A stretch of DNA of 64,000 nucleotides, taken from contig JBESAV010000001.1 of the NCBI GenBank assembly GCA_041242255.1, forward strand, positions 755,631-819,630. Reading direction: 5' to 3'. Below, one piece after another: positions 47,138-56,439 of this stretch. A program made the position numbers and the translations under genes. Position 1 is the stretch's first letter. Every line of letters starts with the position of its first letter. The notes under the pieces were generated by a model that was not told the origin of the DNA, ran no database searches, and was given only the letters and a program-made list of their open reading frames with translations. Source of the DNA: Candidatus Altimarinota bacterium. GTDB taxonomy: Bacteria > Patescibacteriota > Gracilibacteria > UBA1369 > GCA-2718715.

Positions 47138-48160
47138 ATGAACAAAACTCCAAAAGTAACCCTTGGTATAATCTCCTACAAGGATATTCCTTATTTAGAA
47201 ATATCCTTACCACTACTTTTAAAACAGAACTATTCCAACTACGAGATAATTATCTGCGACAATAACCCTGACCAAAAGACAACCCATTGGATCAAAAGAA
47301 ATTTCCCAGAAATAAAAGTTATAAACAAAGATGGCAACATTGGCTTTTCTAAAGGCCATAATAAGATTATCAATCAGGCTATAAAGTCAAAGTCTGATTA
47401 TTACATTGCCTACAACTCAGACATATTCCCATCACCAGATCTCATCCAAAACCTATCTAAATCAATCCATCAATCAAAAAACACAGCCATAGTTAGCCCC
47501 AAACTCCTCCAATGGAGAAACTTCCCTAATGATCCCACCAAACAAGACCAACAATTCATTGACACAACAGGTCTGGTTGCAAACCTCAACCATACTTTCC
47601 AAGAAAGAGGCTTCAACCAATTAGACAAACAACAATTTGATCAAAAAACAAACATCTGGGGAGCCTCAGGAGCCTGCCCAATTTTTGACCTAAAACTTAT
47701 CCAAGAAATCCAATACAACCAACAAACCTTTGATGAAAACTTCTTTATGTACAAAGAAGACATCGACCTTTCTTACCGAATTAGATGGAATGGCTATAAG
47801 GTTAAGTTTTGCCCTCAAGCCGTTGCCTGGCACAACCGAACAGGAAAAGACCCAGGAAACTTATTTAAACAAATCCAAGAAAGGAGAAAAAGACCAAAAT
47901 ACATAGTCACAAATTCATTCTTAAACCACCTCCAACTATTCTATAAAAATTATGATAAAAACTTTACAATATCTACAAAGTTAAAGATCTACACTTCCTT
48001 ATCTAAATACTTTCTTTATGTGCTTATATTCTCACCTTCAACTCTCTTGCAACTCAAAAAATTCTTCAAATTAATACCTGACATCAAAAAAAGAAAACAA
48101 AATATTAAAAAAGCTATTAGCACTCAAGACATGGAATCTCTCATAAAAACCCTAAAATAA
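47138..48160 (+). CDS. Glycosyltransferase family 2
   Basis: GT-A N-terminus (TLGIISYKD....EIIICDNNPD) and YKEDIDLSYR (DxD/ED region); 340 aa. Confidence 0.75.
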   Translation: MNKTPKVTLGIISYKDIPYLEISLPLLLKQNYSNYEIIICDNNPDQKTTHWIKRNFPEIKVINKDGNIGFSKGHNKIINQAIKSKSDYYIAYNSDIFPSPDLIQNLSKSIHQSKNTAIVSPKLLQWRNFPNDPTKQDQQFIDTTGLVANLNHTFQERGFNQLDKQQFDQKTNIWGASGACPIFDLKLIQEIQYNQQTFDENFFMYKEDIDLSYRIRWNGYKVKFCPQAVAWHNRTGKDPGNLFKQIQERRKRPKYIVTNSFLNHLQLFYKNYDKNFTISTKLKIYTSLSKYFLYVLIFSPSTLLQLKKFFKLIPDIKKRKQNIKKAISTQDMESLIKTLK

Positions 48161-49011
48161 TGAAAGCCAAAAACTTAGCCATCATAATACTACAGCACAA
48201 TACACCTGAGCATGTCAGCAACAACTTAGCAAAGCTCCAACAAGCTGAACTTCCAGAAAACACTGAAATTATTGTTGTAAACAACGGAGGAAACCAAGCT
48301 AACCAGAAAGTTAAATCAGAATCTTACAACCAACTAAATGTAAAATTCTTCGATACTCCAAACCACGGGTTCCCTGCCGGAAATAACTTTGGAATGGAAC
48401 AACTCCAAAACCCTATCTCAAAGTATGATTTTATTGCTTTCATTAATCCAGATATTCAAATCCAACCTAAAACCCTAAAACACCTTATTGAATATATGGA
48501 AGCAAAACCAAATGTAGGAATAACTTCACCAAAACTAGTTTACCCAGATGGAGTCGTACAAGACAACTATAGAGTATTTCCAAAACCACTTGATCTTGTA
48601 ATCAAACGTGTACCTTTCCTAAGAAAAAGATTTACAAATAGAATGCGTAAATACCTTATGTGGGACCGTAAAACTAACTCCAACCAAGCAGTAGATTGGG
48701 TTACAGGAGCCTTTACATTATTCTCAAGCAAATGCCTACAATCAGTTGGTGAACACAACCAAAAAGATTACTTTCTTTTCATGTCTGATGTAGAAATATG
48801 TCGCAAAGCATGGGAAGAAGGATACGAAGTACATATAGTAGGCTCAACTAAAGCACTCCACAACGACCAAAGAGTTTCTTCTGGTGGCATGAAAGACATA
48901 TTCACAAAAAAAATTATAAGAATTCACATTTGGGACAGTATAAAGTATTTTGCAAAAAATATATTCAAACCTCTACCAAAAAACGCTCCTTCTAACCAAA
49001 CAAACTCATGA
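48160..49011 (+). CDS. Glycosyltransferase family 2
   Basis: AIIILQHN....EIIVVNNGG, GFPAGNNFG and FMSDVEICRKAWEEGYEV motifs. ATGA overlap with the upstream GT2 gene. Confidence 0.75.
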   Translation: MKAKNLAIIILQHNTPEHVSNNLAKLQQAELPENTEIIVVNNGGNQANQKVKSESYNQLNVKFFDTPNHGFPAGNNFGMEQLQNPISKYDFIAFINPDIQIQPKTLKHLIEYMEAKPNVGITSPKLVYPDGVVQDNYRVFPKPLDLVIKRVPFLRKRFTNRMRKYLMWDRKTNSNQAVDWVTGAFTLFSSKCLQSVGEHNQKDYFLFMSDVEICRKAWEEGYEVHIVGSTKALHNDQRVSSGGMKDIFTKKIIRIHIWDSIKYFAKNIFKPLPKNAPSNQTNS

Positions 49012-49943
49012 AAATCAAAATCAACTCAGAACAATCCAACCAAAGAATTGATGCCTTCCTATCAAGCCTCATACCCGAAAAAAGCCGTTCTCAAATCCAA
49101 AAACTAATCAAAGATGAACTAGTTCTCATCAACAACACCTCAACCAAAAAAAATTACCAACTACAAGAAAACGACACTTTAGAAATCCTAGAAGTACCAA
49201 AGACTAAAAACCCTCTAAAACCAATCAAGAAGCCACTTGATATAATTTTTGAAAACGATGACATCTTAGTTATAAATAAACCAGCCAACTTGAGCGTTCA
49301 TCAAGATATTCAAGGACACCAAAAAGAAACCCTGATTAACTGGCTACTAGGAAACGATATCACACTAAGCTCTATAGGTGGAATTCATCGACCAGGTATA
49401 GTACACAGACTTGATAAAGACACTTCAGGCGTACTCATAATCGCCAAAAACGATAAAACCCACCACTTTCTCCAACAACAATTCGCCGACCGAGCAGTCG
49501 ACAAAACCTACTTAACCCTAGTTGACGGAACACCACCAACCAAAACAGGAACAATCAACTCACCTATAACTCGTGACCTGGTAGACCGTAAAAAAATGAA
49601 AGTCAGTTCATCAAGTAAAGCTCGCCCATCAGTCACACATTTCAAAACAATCCAAACTTATCACGTTCCCAATTCAACAAAGAAATGTTCACTCCTTAAA
49701 GTACAAATCGAAACTGGCCGAACCCATCAGATCAGAGTCCACATGGCCTCAATCGGACATCCAGTTATAGGAGATGACAAATACGGCTCAACTAAAATCA
49801 ACCAACTTTTCAAACCACTTGGCCTAAAAAGACAATTCTTACACGCCCACAAGCTTAAACTAAAAATAAACAATTCAGAAAATAAATCATTTACATCTGA
49901 ACTACCAACAGACCTTCAGTCAGTCCTTGAAAAACTTAACTAG
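49008..49943 (+). CDS. rluD: 23S rRNA pseudouridine synthase, RluA/RluD family
   Basis: S4-like N-terminus, HRLDKDTSGVLIIAK catalytic Asp motif and GRTHQIRVH motif. Confidence 0.9.
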   Translation: MKIKINSEQSNQRIDAFLSSLIPEKSRSQIQKLIKDELVLINNTSTKKNYQLQENDTLEILEVPKTKNPLKPIKKPLDIIFENDDILVINKPANLSVHQDIQGHQKETLINWLLGNDITLSSIGGIHRPGIVHRLDKDTSGVLIIAKNDKTHHFLQQQFADRAVDKTYLTLVDGTPPTKTGTINSPITRDLVDRKKMKVSSSSKARPSVTHFKTIQTYHVPNSTKKCSLLKVQIETGRTHQIRVHMASIGHPVIGDDKYGSTKINQLFKPLGLKRQFLHAHKLKLKINNSENKSFTSELPTDLQSVLEKLN

Positions 49944-50275
49944 TCAGTAATAAACTCTTTGGCAATTAAAAATTTATAAACCATAATAATTAGATTATCC
50001 CTATTTTTAAGAGGCAATGAGTATTCATCATTCACTAAGATATAAAGATAACGCATAAACTTTTCGTCTATCAAGCATTTCTCTACTCCCCTCTTAATGT
50101 AAGCCACATATGAAGGAACAACCTTCTTTTTTTTATTTGGGAGATCATCCATACCCCTCTCCACAAAACCTTGAATAGCTAACCCCATTTTTTTTATCCG
50201 GTCTGAATGAAACTCATAACTATCGCCTTCAAATTCATATCCAAAATAGTCTGGATCAATTGCTAACTTTGCCAT
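49940..50275 (-). CDS. Hypothetical protein (last gene of the orphan operon)
   Basis: 111-aa ORF, same strand as the operon and 51 nt downstream of the previous gene. No motif recognised. Confidence 0.4.
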   Translation of the reverse strand: MAKLAIDPDYFGYEFEGDSYEFHSDRIKKMGLAIQGFVERGMDDLPNKKKKVVPSYVAYIKRGVEKCLIDEKFMRYLYILVNDEYSLPLKNRDNLIIMVYKFLIAKEFITD

Positions 50276-50326
50276 TTTTCAAATATTAATTTTTTAAAAA
50301 ATAACAAAAACTCTAAATCTGTCAAG

Positions 50327-51124
50327 CTACAAGCTAATTATACTAGAATGATACTTTTGACTTATTTTACTTATCAAAAGCTCCCTAAATTCGTCATTCA
50401 CCATAAGCACTCCACCAGAAGATAAAAATTTTAGAATCAATCCTAGAGCCTTAAGTCTTACTTCATTAAAAGACACTTCAATAACTAAAGTCTCTAAACA
50501 ATACATATGATCTACAACTTCAGACAATACAACTCCAAAATCATGTTCATTTAAATGACATTTAAACTCCAGTCTTTTTAAATGAGTATTGTTTCTAGCA
50601 AAAGCAGAAAAGTGCGCTACATCTCCAAAGATATCTTCATAAGGTGACACATCGCCAAACACGAAACTTTCTTGCGAAGGTAACACCCTTATATTTTCCA
50701 ACATCCCCCACCTAAATCTTGTAAGATCAACCTCTGTATCATCGTTACTATGCAGCAATTCTATATTATTATACTTAGCAAATGCCATCATTATCTCCCA
50801 AAAGTGATTAGGAATATCCATATTCACAAATGAAACCTTCTTTAAAAAACGCATGTAAGGATTAGAAATCGTAAACCCTAAAAAGTTAACTTCAAATCTA
50901 CATTTATTAAACTCAATCTCTCGAACTCCATTACTAATCATAAAAGAAAGAACACGTACAATATCCTCATTTATAAAGCTACAATCAACAAACTTAACCA
51001 CACTTACAGACTCAAGACTATCGCCTAGATTATCAACCACTTCTTCATAAAACTTCAAATCAGATACTTCTATAGAGCTACCTAATTCTATTATATCTTT
51101 ATTATGAAACTCTTTCGATTCCAT
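50327..51124 (-). CDS. Hypothetical protein, RNI-type leucine-rich-repeat-like
   Basis: 265 aa. Repeating ~27-30-aa units of the form L..L.F..C.......V...V......LE.L (for example LKRLEFKCHLNEHDFGVVLSEVVDHMYCLETLVIEVSFNEVRLKALGLILKFL). Confidence 0.4.
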   Translation of the reverse strand: MESKEFHNKDIIELGSSIEVSDLKFYEEVVDNLGDSLESVSVVKFVDCSFINEDIVRVLSFMISNGVREIEFNKCRFEVNFLGFTISNPYMRFLKKVSFVNMDIPNHFWEIMMAFAKYNNIELLHSNDDTEVDLTRFRWGMLENIRVLPSQESFVFGDVSPYEDIFGDVAHFSAFARNNTHLKRLEFKCHLNEHDFGVVLSEVVDHMYCLETLVIEVSFNEVRLKALGLILKFLSSGGVLMVNDEFRELLISKISQKYHSSIISL

Positions 51125-52058
51125 CTTGTGTATTAAATTTAAACACCTCTACTCGATATTTATCATTATATTTCTGGAAAACATCCATCAAAATATTATA
51201 CTCTTCTTCTGAATACTCAACCAAGATTGGCTCTAATGTAGTTTCATAATTTAGGTACAATAAATTCTCAAAAAGATGATCAAGATAAACTTTATCACAT
51301 GACAAACTTGACCCTGAAAAATTAACATTTACTCTACCAAAAAACTCATACCTTATATGTGATGTTCCTGTACTAGACTTTTGAACAACAACTCCCTCTG
51401 GAAACAACCCTATAAAACGCTTCAATCGCCTAGGAGAAAGCACCACACCACTAATACAATCAACATCCTCCAGGGTAAACTTCCCTATACCAGCATCAGC
51501 TTCTAAATCAAAATCACACCCAAAACTCTTATTGAGATAAGTAAACAACTTATCTTTAGCTTCATCGTTAGCAAATTCCAAAACATTAACAACACCATTC
51601 AAATACTCAGCAATTTTCAACCTATCCGATGCAGTAAATTTATCTATTGGAAACCCATCCATTACTAATATAATTTCATCAATATTATAAACTTCTAACC
51701 TACTACCCTGAAAATTAGTCAAAAACTCATAAACACCACCTGGCCTTAGGAATAGAATTTCACCCTCAACATATTTTCTTTCTGAAATAGGCTCTGAAGA
51801 ATCACCTACAGAAGCAACTACTTCAACTTTTTCGATTACTCTCTCTACTACAGACTCTATAATTTTTTCTTCATCTTCACTCTCTAGAATAACATCAAGA
51901 TACATCTTCAAAACTTCGAGGTGAAGACTCTCACTTAAAAGATCAAACCAAAAGTCAACATCAACACCTAATAATCTTTCTTCAATATAAGCATCATCAT
52001 TTCCACTCAACTCATTTGCCAACAAATCTGACATCTGACTTATAAATAATTTTTTCAT
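51102..52058 (-). CDS. Hypothetical protein
   Basis: 318-aa ORF. Overlaps the upstream gene by 1 nt and the downstream gene by 23 nt. No motif recognised. Confidence 0.45.
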   Translation of the reverse strand: MKKLFISQMSDLLANELSGNDDAYIEERLLGVDVDFWFDLLSESLHLEVLKMYLDVILESEDEEKIIESVVERVIEKVEVVASVGDSSEPISERKYVEGEILFLRPGGVYEFLTNFQGSRLEVYNIDEIILVMDGFPIDKFTASDRLKIAEYLNGVVNVLEFANDEAKDKLFTYLNKSFGCDFDLEADAGIGKFTLEDVDCISGVVLSPRRLKRFIGLFPEGVVVQKSSTGTSHIRYEFFGRVNVNFSGSSLSCDKVYLDHLFENLLYLNYETTLEPILVEYSEEEYNILMDVFQKYNDKYRVEVFKFNTQDGIERVS

Positions 52059-52783
52059 TATAACTCTTTAATTATACTCGCATACTTGCTTTGCAATTCA
52101 ATTTTTTCTGAAATCAAATCTAACAATTTTTCATTTAATTCATCTACAGACTCAACCTCATCATTTACTTCAACAAACATAACAAAAGAATCATCTATAA
52201 AACCCTTCATATCCTCACCAGCAAAGAACCTTGCAAACTTCAGAGGACTCCCCTTCACTGATTTATATTTTGCCAAGAACTCTAACATATCTTTACTATA
52301 AAACTCACCTAATTCACTATTAAGATCTATTAGTTTTTCCAACATTCCACGAACATCAGCTCCAAACTCTTCTTTTAAAGTATCTAATGTCTTTGGCAAT
52401 CTAAGTTCAGCTACAGAATTCTGTTCAGTGATATTTTGATCGATCTTCAACTCTACAACTTCAATATCTTTTAAAATGACTTCAAATCTTGAAGCAATAG
52501 CTTCAACAATTGGATCAAACTGACCAATCTTTTCTAACTTCGAAGACAACTCCTCATAAGATTGGTTTAGGCCGAGCATTTCTACTTTTGCTTCTTCAAT
52601 AACACCCAACCGACTCATAGCAGATTGTATAGATCCAATTAAATCTTGAGGCGATACCTCATAGTTTTCATCTAAAACTGAAGAGTTCAATAAACCACTT
52701 TTTTCTTCTCTCTCTGAAGAAACTCTTCCATAATCTCTTTCAATTTCACTCTTTATATCTTCCCAATCTTTGATACTAAACAT
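52058..52783 (-). CDS. Hypothetical coiled-coil protein
   Basis: 241 aa, heptad-like and E/L/K/I-rich. 8-nt overlap with the upstream gene. Confidence 0.45.
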   Translation of the reverse strand: MFSIKDWEDIKSEIERDYGRVSSEREEKSGLLNSSVLDENYEVSPQDLIGSIQSAMSRLGVIEEAKVEMLGLNQSYEELSSKLEKIGQFDPIVEAIASRFEVILKDIEVVELKIDQNITEQNSVAELRLPKTLDTLKEEFGADVRGMLEKLIDLNSELGEFYSKDMLEFLAKYKSVKGSPLKFARFFAGEDMKGFIDDSFVMFVEVNDEVESVDELNEKLLDLISEKIELQSKYASIIKEL

Positions 52784-53738
52784 CTTTAATAATTACATCA
52801 ACAACTCTACTTATTTCATTAGACACCATATCAACTGTAGATTTATTTTCTTCTAATTCTTGCTTTAAACTTATGTACCTTTCTCTTAAACGATTAAACT
52901 CCTCTTTTTTCGCATGAAAATCTTGAAGTTGCCCTTCATATTCTCTTCGCACATCCATGGTCATAACAAGACTTCTTAGATTTAAAATCAAATCAGATTT
53001 TGTGTCAGAATCAATCGATTCAAGCAATTCTCCACAATGAGAAATCAAAACATCCATTTTCATTGCATATATCTCAGATAACTTAACCTGATCCTCTTCA
53101 AGCTCTAATCCACGCATGAAAGTTAAAAACCTAGAGTTCAAAGTTTTATATTCTTCATTATCAACATCTCCAAACCTCAAAATATCAATTAAGCTCTCAA
53201 AAGACCCAGATAAAATAGACGCCTCAAGAGAATCCTCATTCGAAAGAATTTGCAACGCTGAAATCCATAAATCAACAAAAGACTCAACCTCCTCATCCGA
53301 CTCAATTAATTCCAAAAAGCTCTTCATCAACCTATAACTACCAGTAATTAAACCCATGTAATTTTCTTTTGAAAGTTCCACCTCCCTACTATTAATGCGT
53401 CGGTCAAGATCCTTTAGAGCTTCTTCTCTTTCCCTATACTCTAACTCTAGAGTATCAAAAGAAATTGCACTCAAAGATTCTAACTCTTTTTCTATTTCAA
53501 TAATTTTTTCATGCAAACTATTATAAACCTCAACATTTACTTCAAATTCTTCGTCATCTCCAAGCTCATCAAGCTTATTGCTTAACTGCTCAAGGGCATT
53601 ATATACAAAACCATCAGGCTGCCCTTCCAAAACATCAATGAAATCTCTAACAGACGCCATCAAAACATCTTGAGCATAACCAAGCTCTAAAGTTTGATGC
53701 ATAACAACTTCCATCTGAGGTGCTAAATTTAATTTCAT
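52776..53738 (-). CDS. Hypothetical coiled-coil protein
   Basis: 320 aa with long predicted helices (EKIIEIEKELESL, REYEGQLQDFHAKKEEFNRLRERYISLKQELEEN). Confidence 0.45.
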   Translation of the reverse strand: MKLNLAPQMEVVMHQTLELGYAQDVLMASVRDFIDVLEGQPDGFVYNALEQLSNKLDELGDDEEFEVNVEVYNSLHEKIIEIEKELESLSAISFDTLELEYREREEALKDLDRRINSREVELSKENYMGLITGSYRLMKSFLELIESDEEVESFVDLWISALQILSNEDSLEASILSGSFESLIDILRFGDVDNEEYKTLNSRFLTFMRGLELEEDQVKLSEIYAMKMDVLISHCGELLESIDSDTKSDLILNLRSLVMTMDVRREYEGQLQDFHAKKEEFNRLRERYISLKQELEENKSTVDMVSNEISRVVDVIIKDV

Positions 53739-53783
53739 AACATTTTTATTTTATACGACACTTTAAATCTTTTTTGAGATTTG

Positions 53784-56435
53784 TCAAGTATTCTTGAATT
53801 GTTTTCTCAGCTCTTTTTCAAAATCATCATAATCAATGCCTTCTCTTTCAAGTGCAGATGCAATTAACCTCCCATATGATTCAGTAATATTTTGTAAATA
53901 TGGACTTACAACTTCAAGTTCAGCTTCTTCAACTACTGATTCCACAGAAGCTTTGCTACTCTCTAAATCAATATAGCTCTCCCTTACATTACTTAAATCT
54001 ACTTCAGGCCTCCAATCACTCTCAGAAACAAGAACTCCATAAACTAAGAAATAGTTTCTAGCATTTACTTTTACATATGCTTTGTCATTTCCTTCAATCC
54101 TTACTGTAGGCAAAGCGTTAGTAAAATTCAACGAAGTTGTTTTATTAACATACTTACTATCAACATTGTATAACTTAAAAACATCACACATCTCTTTCCA
54201 CACATCTCTTTCCACAAGATAGCTTTGCTTAACAGTGTTCCCTGACAGATCATATTGCACATCGCTGTAGCTCAAACCAAAACCACTATCTAAAACTAAA
54301 TTTAAATCAACCGTAGAATCAAAATTATCAGCGTTAATAGTATCCATTTCAGTTACAAGAAGATAAGGAAAAGCTAAATGAGAATTTAACAAAATCTTAT
54401 CCTCATCTACTAAAGCAGACTCAATCGAACTTTCAATATCTAGAATTTCCACTTCAGAACAACCATCAATCTTACTATGACCATATCTATATTTTGACTC
54501 AACCAGTTTCGCAGCCTTTTTATTATATACTCCTAATCTACTAACAAAATGCTTTTGGTCGTAAGAATCAGCTTTCTCTCTTAAAACATAAGGAAGTAAT
54601 TGAATTAATCTTGCAACACCTACTGGTGGCTCAATATACTTATCTTCAAAAGAATCAACATTTTCAAATTCAGATTCATTATCTTCAACTGTAGAATTCT
54701 CTGAAGCGACTTGAATCGACTGCGTAGAAGAATCTACCTCTGGCCGCCATCCATTCGAATCCTCCAAGGCAATCCCTGCAAAAATCAAAAAGTAAACAGG
54801 ATCAATAGAAACATAAACACCTTCAACCCCATAATCACCAGCATGGCTAATACCAGATGCATAAGAACTACTAGGTATTATACCGTCCATATTTGACCGC
54901 ACTTCAGCTTTCAAATTCTCCCAATCCTCAGCAGTAACAATTAAATCGTAAGTCCAATATTTATTATTATTATAATTTACACCTTTTATCATATTCACAA
55001 AACTTGAACAAACAACTTTCTCAGGTAAATTAATACTATTCATCCAGTCTTCATCAATGAAACTTTTATAGCTTAATCTATAACTTGCATACAATAAATG
55101 ATTATCAAACAATCTGTTCTCCGTAGGACTCAGGTTCGATAAATACTCATCAACCAAATTTGCAACATCTTCTTCAGTCAATTCATGCATATCAGTCACA
55201 TCAATATCCAACTCTTTACCAACAAATTTCTTCAACCTTACATCAGTTATAACACCATTACGAACATGTAAATAATCATCCACTACCCCTTTATCTTCTA
55301 ACATTTTACCGAGTAACTGCAATATAACTTCCACACCTATTGGCATAAGGTCTCTCACTAAACCATCAAGCTCATTTTCAGATAAATCACTAACCACTTC
55401 AGGTAAACTAAGCTGCTCTTCCTCAGACTTATAGTCCAACCTCCAACCATGCTCATAGTAAGCAGCAGCAAAGACATACAAGTAAGCATCTGCTGGTACA
55501 GAAACATGTTCAACCCCATCAATTTCCTGAACTCCTCGACCTCTAAGATTAAAAAAAACAGATCTACTTGTGAAATAAAGATCCTTTTCATCAGAAAGAA
55601 TATCACTTAATTCAATCCATTTTTTCTTTTCAATCAGAACAGTATGATGAACAGATCTAACATCCTCAAAACCATGCTCTACAACAAAATCCCAAATTCC
55701 AGCCTTTACTAATTCATTCGGATCAATCAATTTAACAATTTCAGCAGCCTTCAAATAACCACTATCAACACGTCTAGAAAGTCTCCTAAAAGCCCACAAC
55801 AAACTATTTTCAAATAGCTTCTCATCTTCTTGAGACATCATCACACTAAGGGTATTGTATAACTCTTCCCCAAATTCTTGACTAATATCGGATAACTCAT
55901 CACCTTCAAAACCAAAATGCTTTTTCAAAACATCCAATACAGTTACCCATCTTCGAATAGTTGTTGCTGGATTTAAATCATTTTCTATATCATCATCAAA
56001 CAAATGCATATCAAATATCAGTTGACCAACTGCTGATACTCCAACTGGTAATTCAGAGCTCAAAACATTCTCAATCTCTGAACTTATATCTGAAACCTCT
56101 TCTTCTACCTCATCTTTAGAAGACAAAAACTCTTTAGCTTCTTCAGATATCAAAGATAAACCAGAACTTACATACTGAATAACGTACCTCCAATCCTCTT
56201 CACTCAAAGTAGATAAATCTATTACATCTAATTGCGAAAATTCTTGAATAGTAAGACCAGCAAAAATAACCTTATCCAAATTATCCCAGTCCACATTTCT
56301 CTGAATCACATTTACTTTAAAATTGGCCTCAATCGTACCGTCAGACTGAATAAATCTTCTTTGCTTTTCAAGTGGAAGTTTTTCAAACCCACTACGCAAC
56401 CTATCAGCTCGACTTGGCTTGTTAATAGTTTCCAT
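53784..56435 (-). CDS. Large hypothetical protein built from ~240-aa tandem modules
   Basis: 883 aa. Anchor motifs recur with a constant period (see the repeat feature). No signal peptide or TM helix. Confidence 0.55.
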   Translation of the reverse strand: METINKPSRADRLRSGFEKLPLEKQRRFIQSDGTIEANFKVNVIQRNVDWDNLDKVIFAGLTIQEFSQLDVIDLSTLSEEDWRYVIQYVSSGLSLISEEAKEFLSSKDEVEEEVSDISSEIENVLSSELPVGVSAVGQLIFDMHLFDDDIENDLNPATTIRRWVTVLDVLKKHFGFEGDELSDISQEFGEELYNTLSVMMSQEDEKLFENSLLWAFRRLSRRVDSGYLKAAEIVKLIDPNELVKAGIWDFVVEHGFEDVRSVHHTVLIEKKKWIELSDILSDEKDLYFTSRSVFFNLRGRGVQEIDGVEHVSVPADAYLYVFAAAYYEHGWRLDYKSEEEQLSLPEVVSDLSENELDGLVRDLMPIGVEVILQLLGKMLEDKGVVDDYLHVRNGVITDVRLKKFVGKELDIDVTDMHELTEEDVANLVDEYLSNLSPTENRLFDNHLLYASYRLSYKSFIDEDWMNSINLPEKVVCSSFVNMIKGVNYNNNKYWTYDLIVTAEDWENLKAEVRSNMDGIIPSSSYASGISHAGDYGVEGVYVSIDPVYFLIFAGIALEDSNGWRPEVDSSTQSIQVASENSTVEDNESEFENVDSFEDKYIEPPVGVARLIQLLPYVLREKADSYDQKHFVSRLGVYNKKAAKLVESKYRYGHSKIDGCSEVEILDIESSIESALVDEDKILLNSHLAFPYLLVTEMDTINADNFDSTVDLNLVLDSGFGLSYSDVQYDLSGNTVKQSYLVERDVWKEMCDVFKLYNVDSKYVNKTTSLNFTNALPTVRIEGNDKAYVKVNARNYFLVYGVLVSESDWRPEVDLSNVRESYIDLESSKASVESVVEEAELEVVSPYLQNITESYGRLIASALEREGIDYDDFEKELRKQFKNT
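53904..56048 (-). repeat. Three tandem protein-level repeat modules (aa 130-364, 365-603, 604-844) inside the 883-aa ORF
   Basis: P-x-G-V occurs at aa 130, 365 and 604. LF[ED]N[SH]LL[WY]A occurs at aa 207 and 442, with a degenerate copy near aa 681. [GD]WR[PL][ED][VY][DK] occurs at aa 330, 562 and 807. A partial copy (IFAG...DWRY) lies at aa 57-84. DNA copies are diverged, for example TGGCGGCCAGAGGTAGAT versus TGGAGGCCTGAAGTAGAT. Confidence 0.6.
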
Positions 56436-56439
56436 AATA

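Noticed and set aside
53650-53738. N-terminus MKLNLAPQMEVVMHQTLEL of the 320-aa protein superficially resembles the sigma-54 (RpoN) region I start (MK..L.L...Q.L.MTPQLQQ)
   Set aside because: The similarity is about 20 aa of low information content. The protein is too short (320 aa) and lacks a core-binding domain, HTH and RpoN box.
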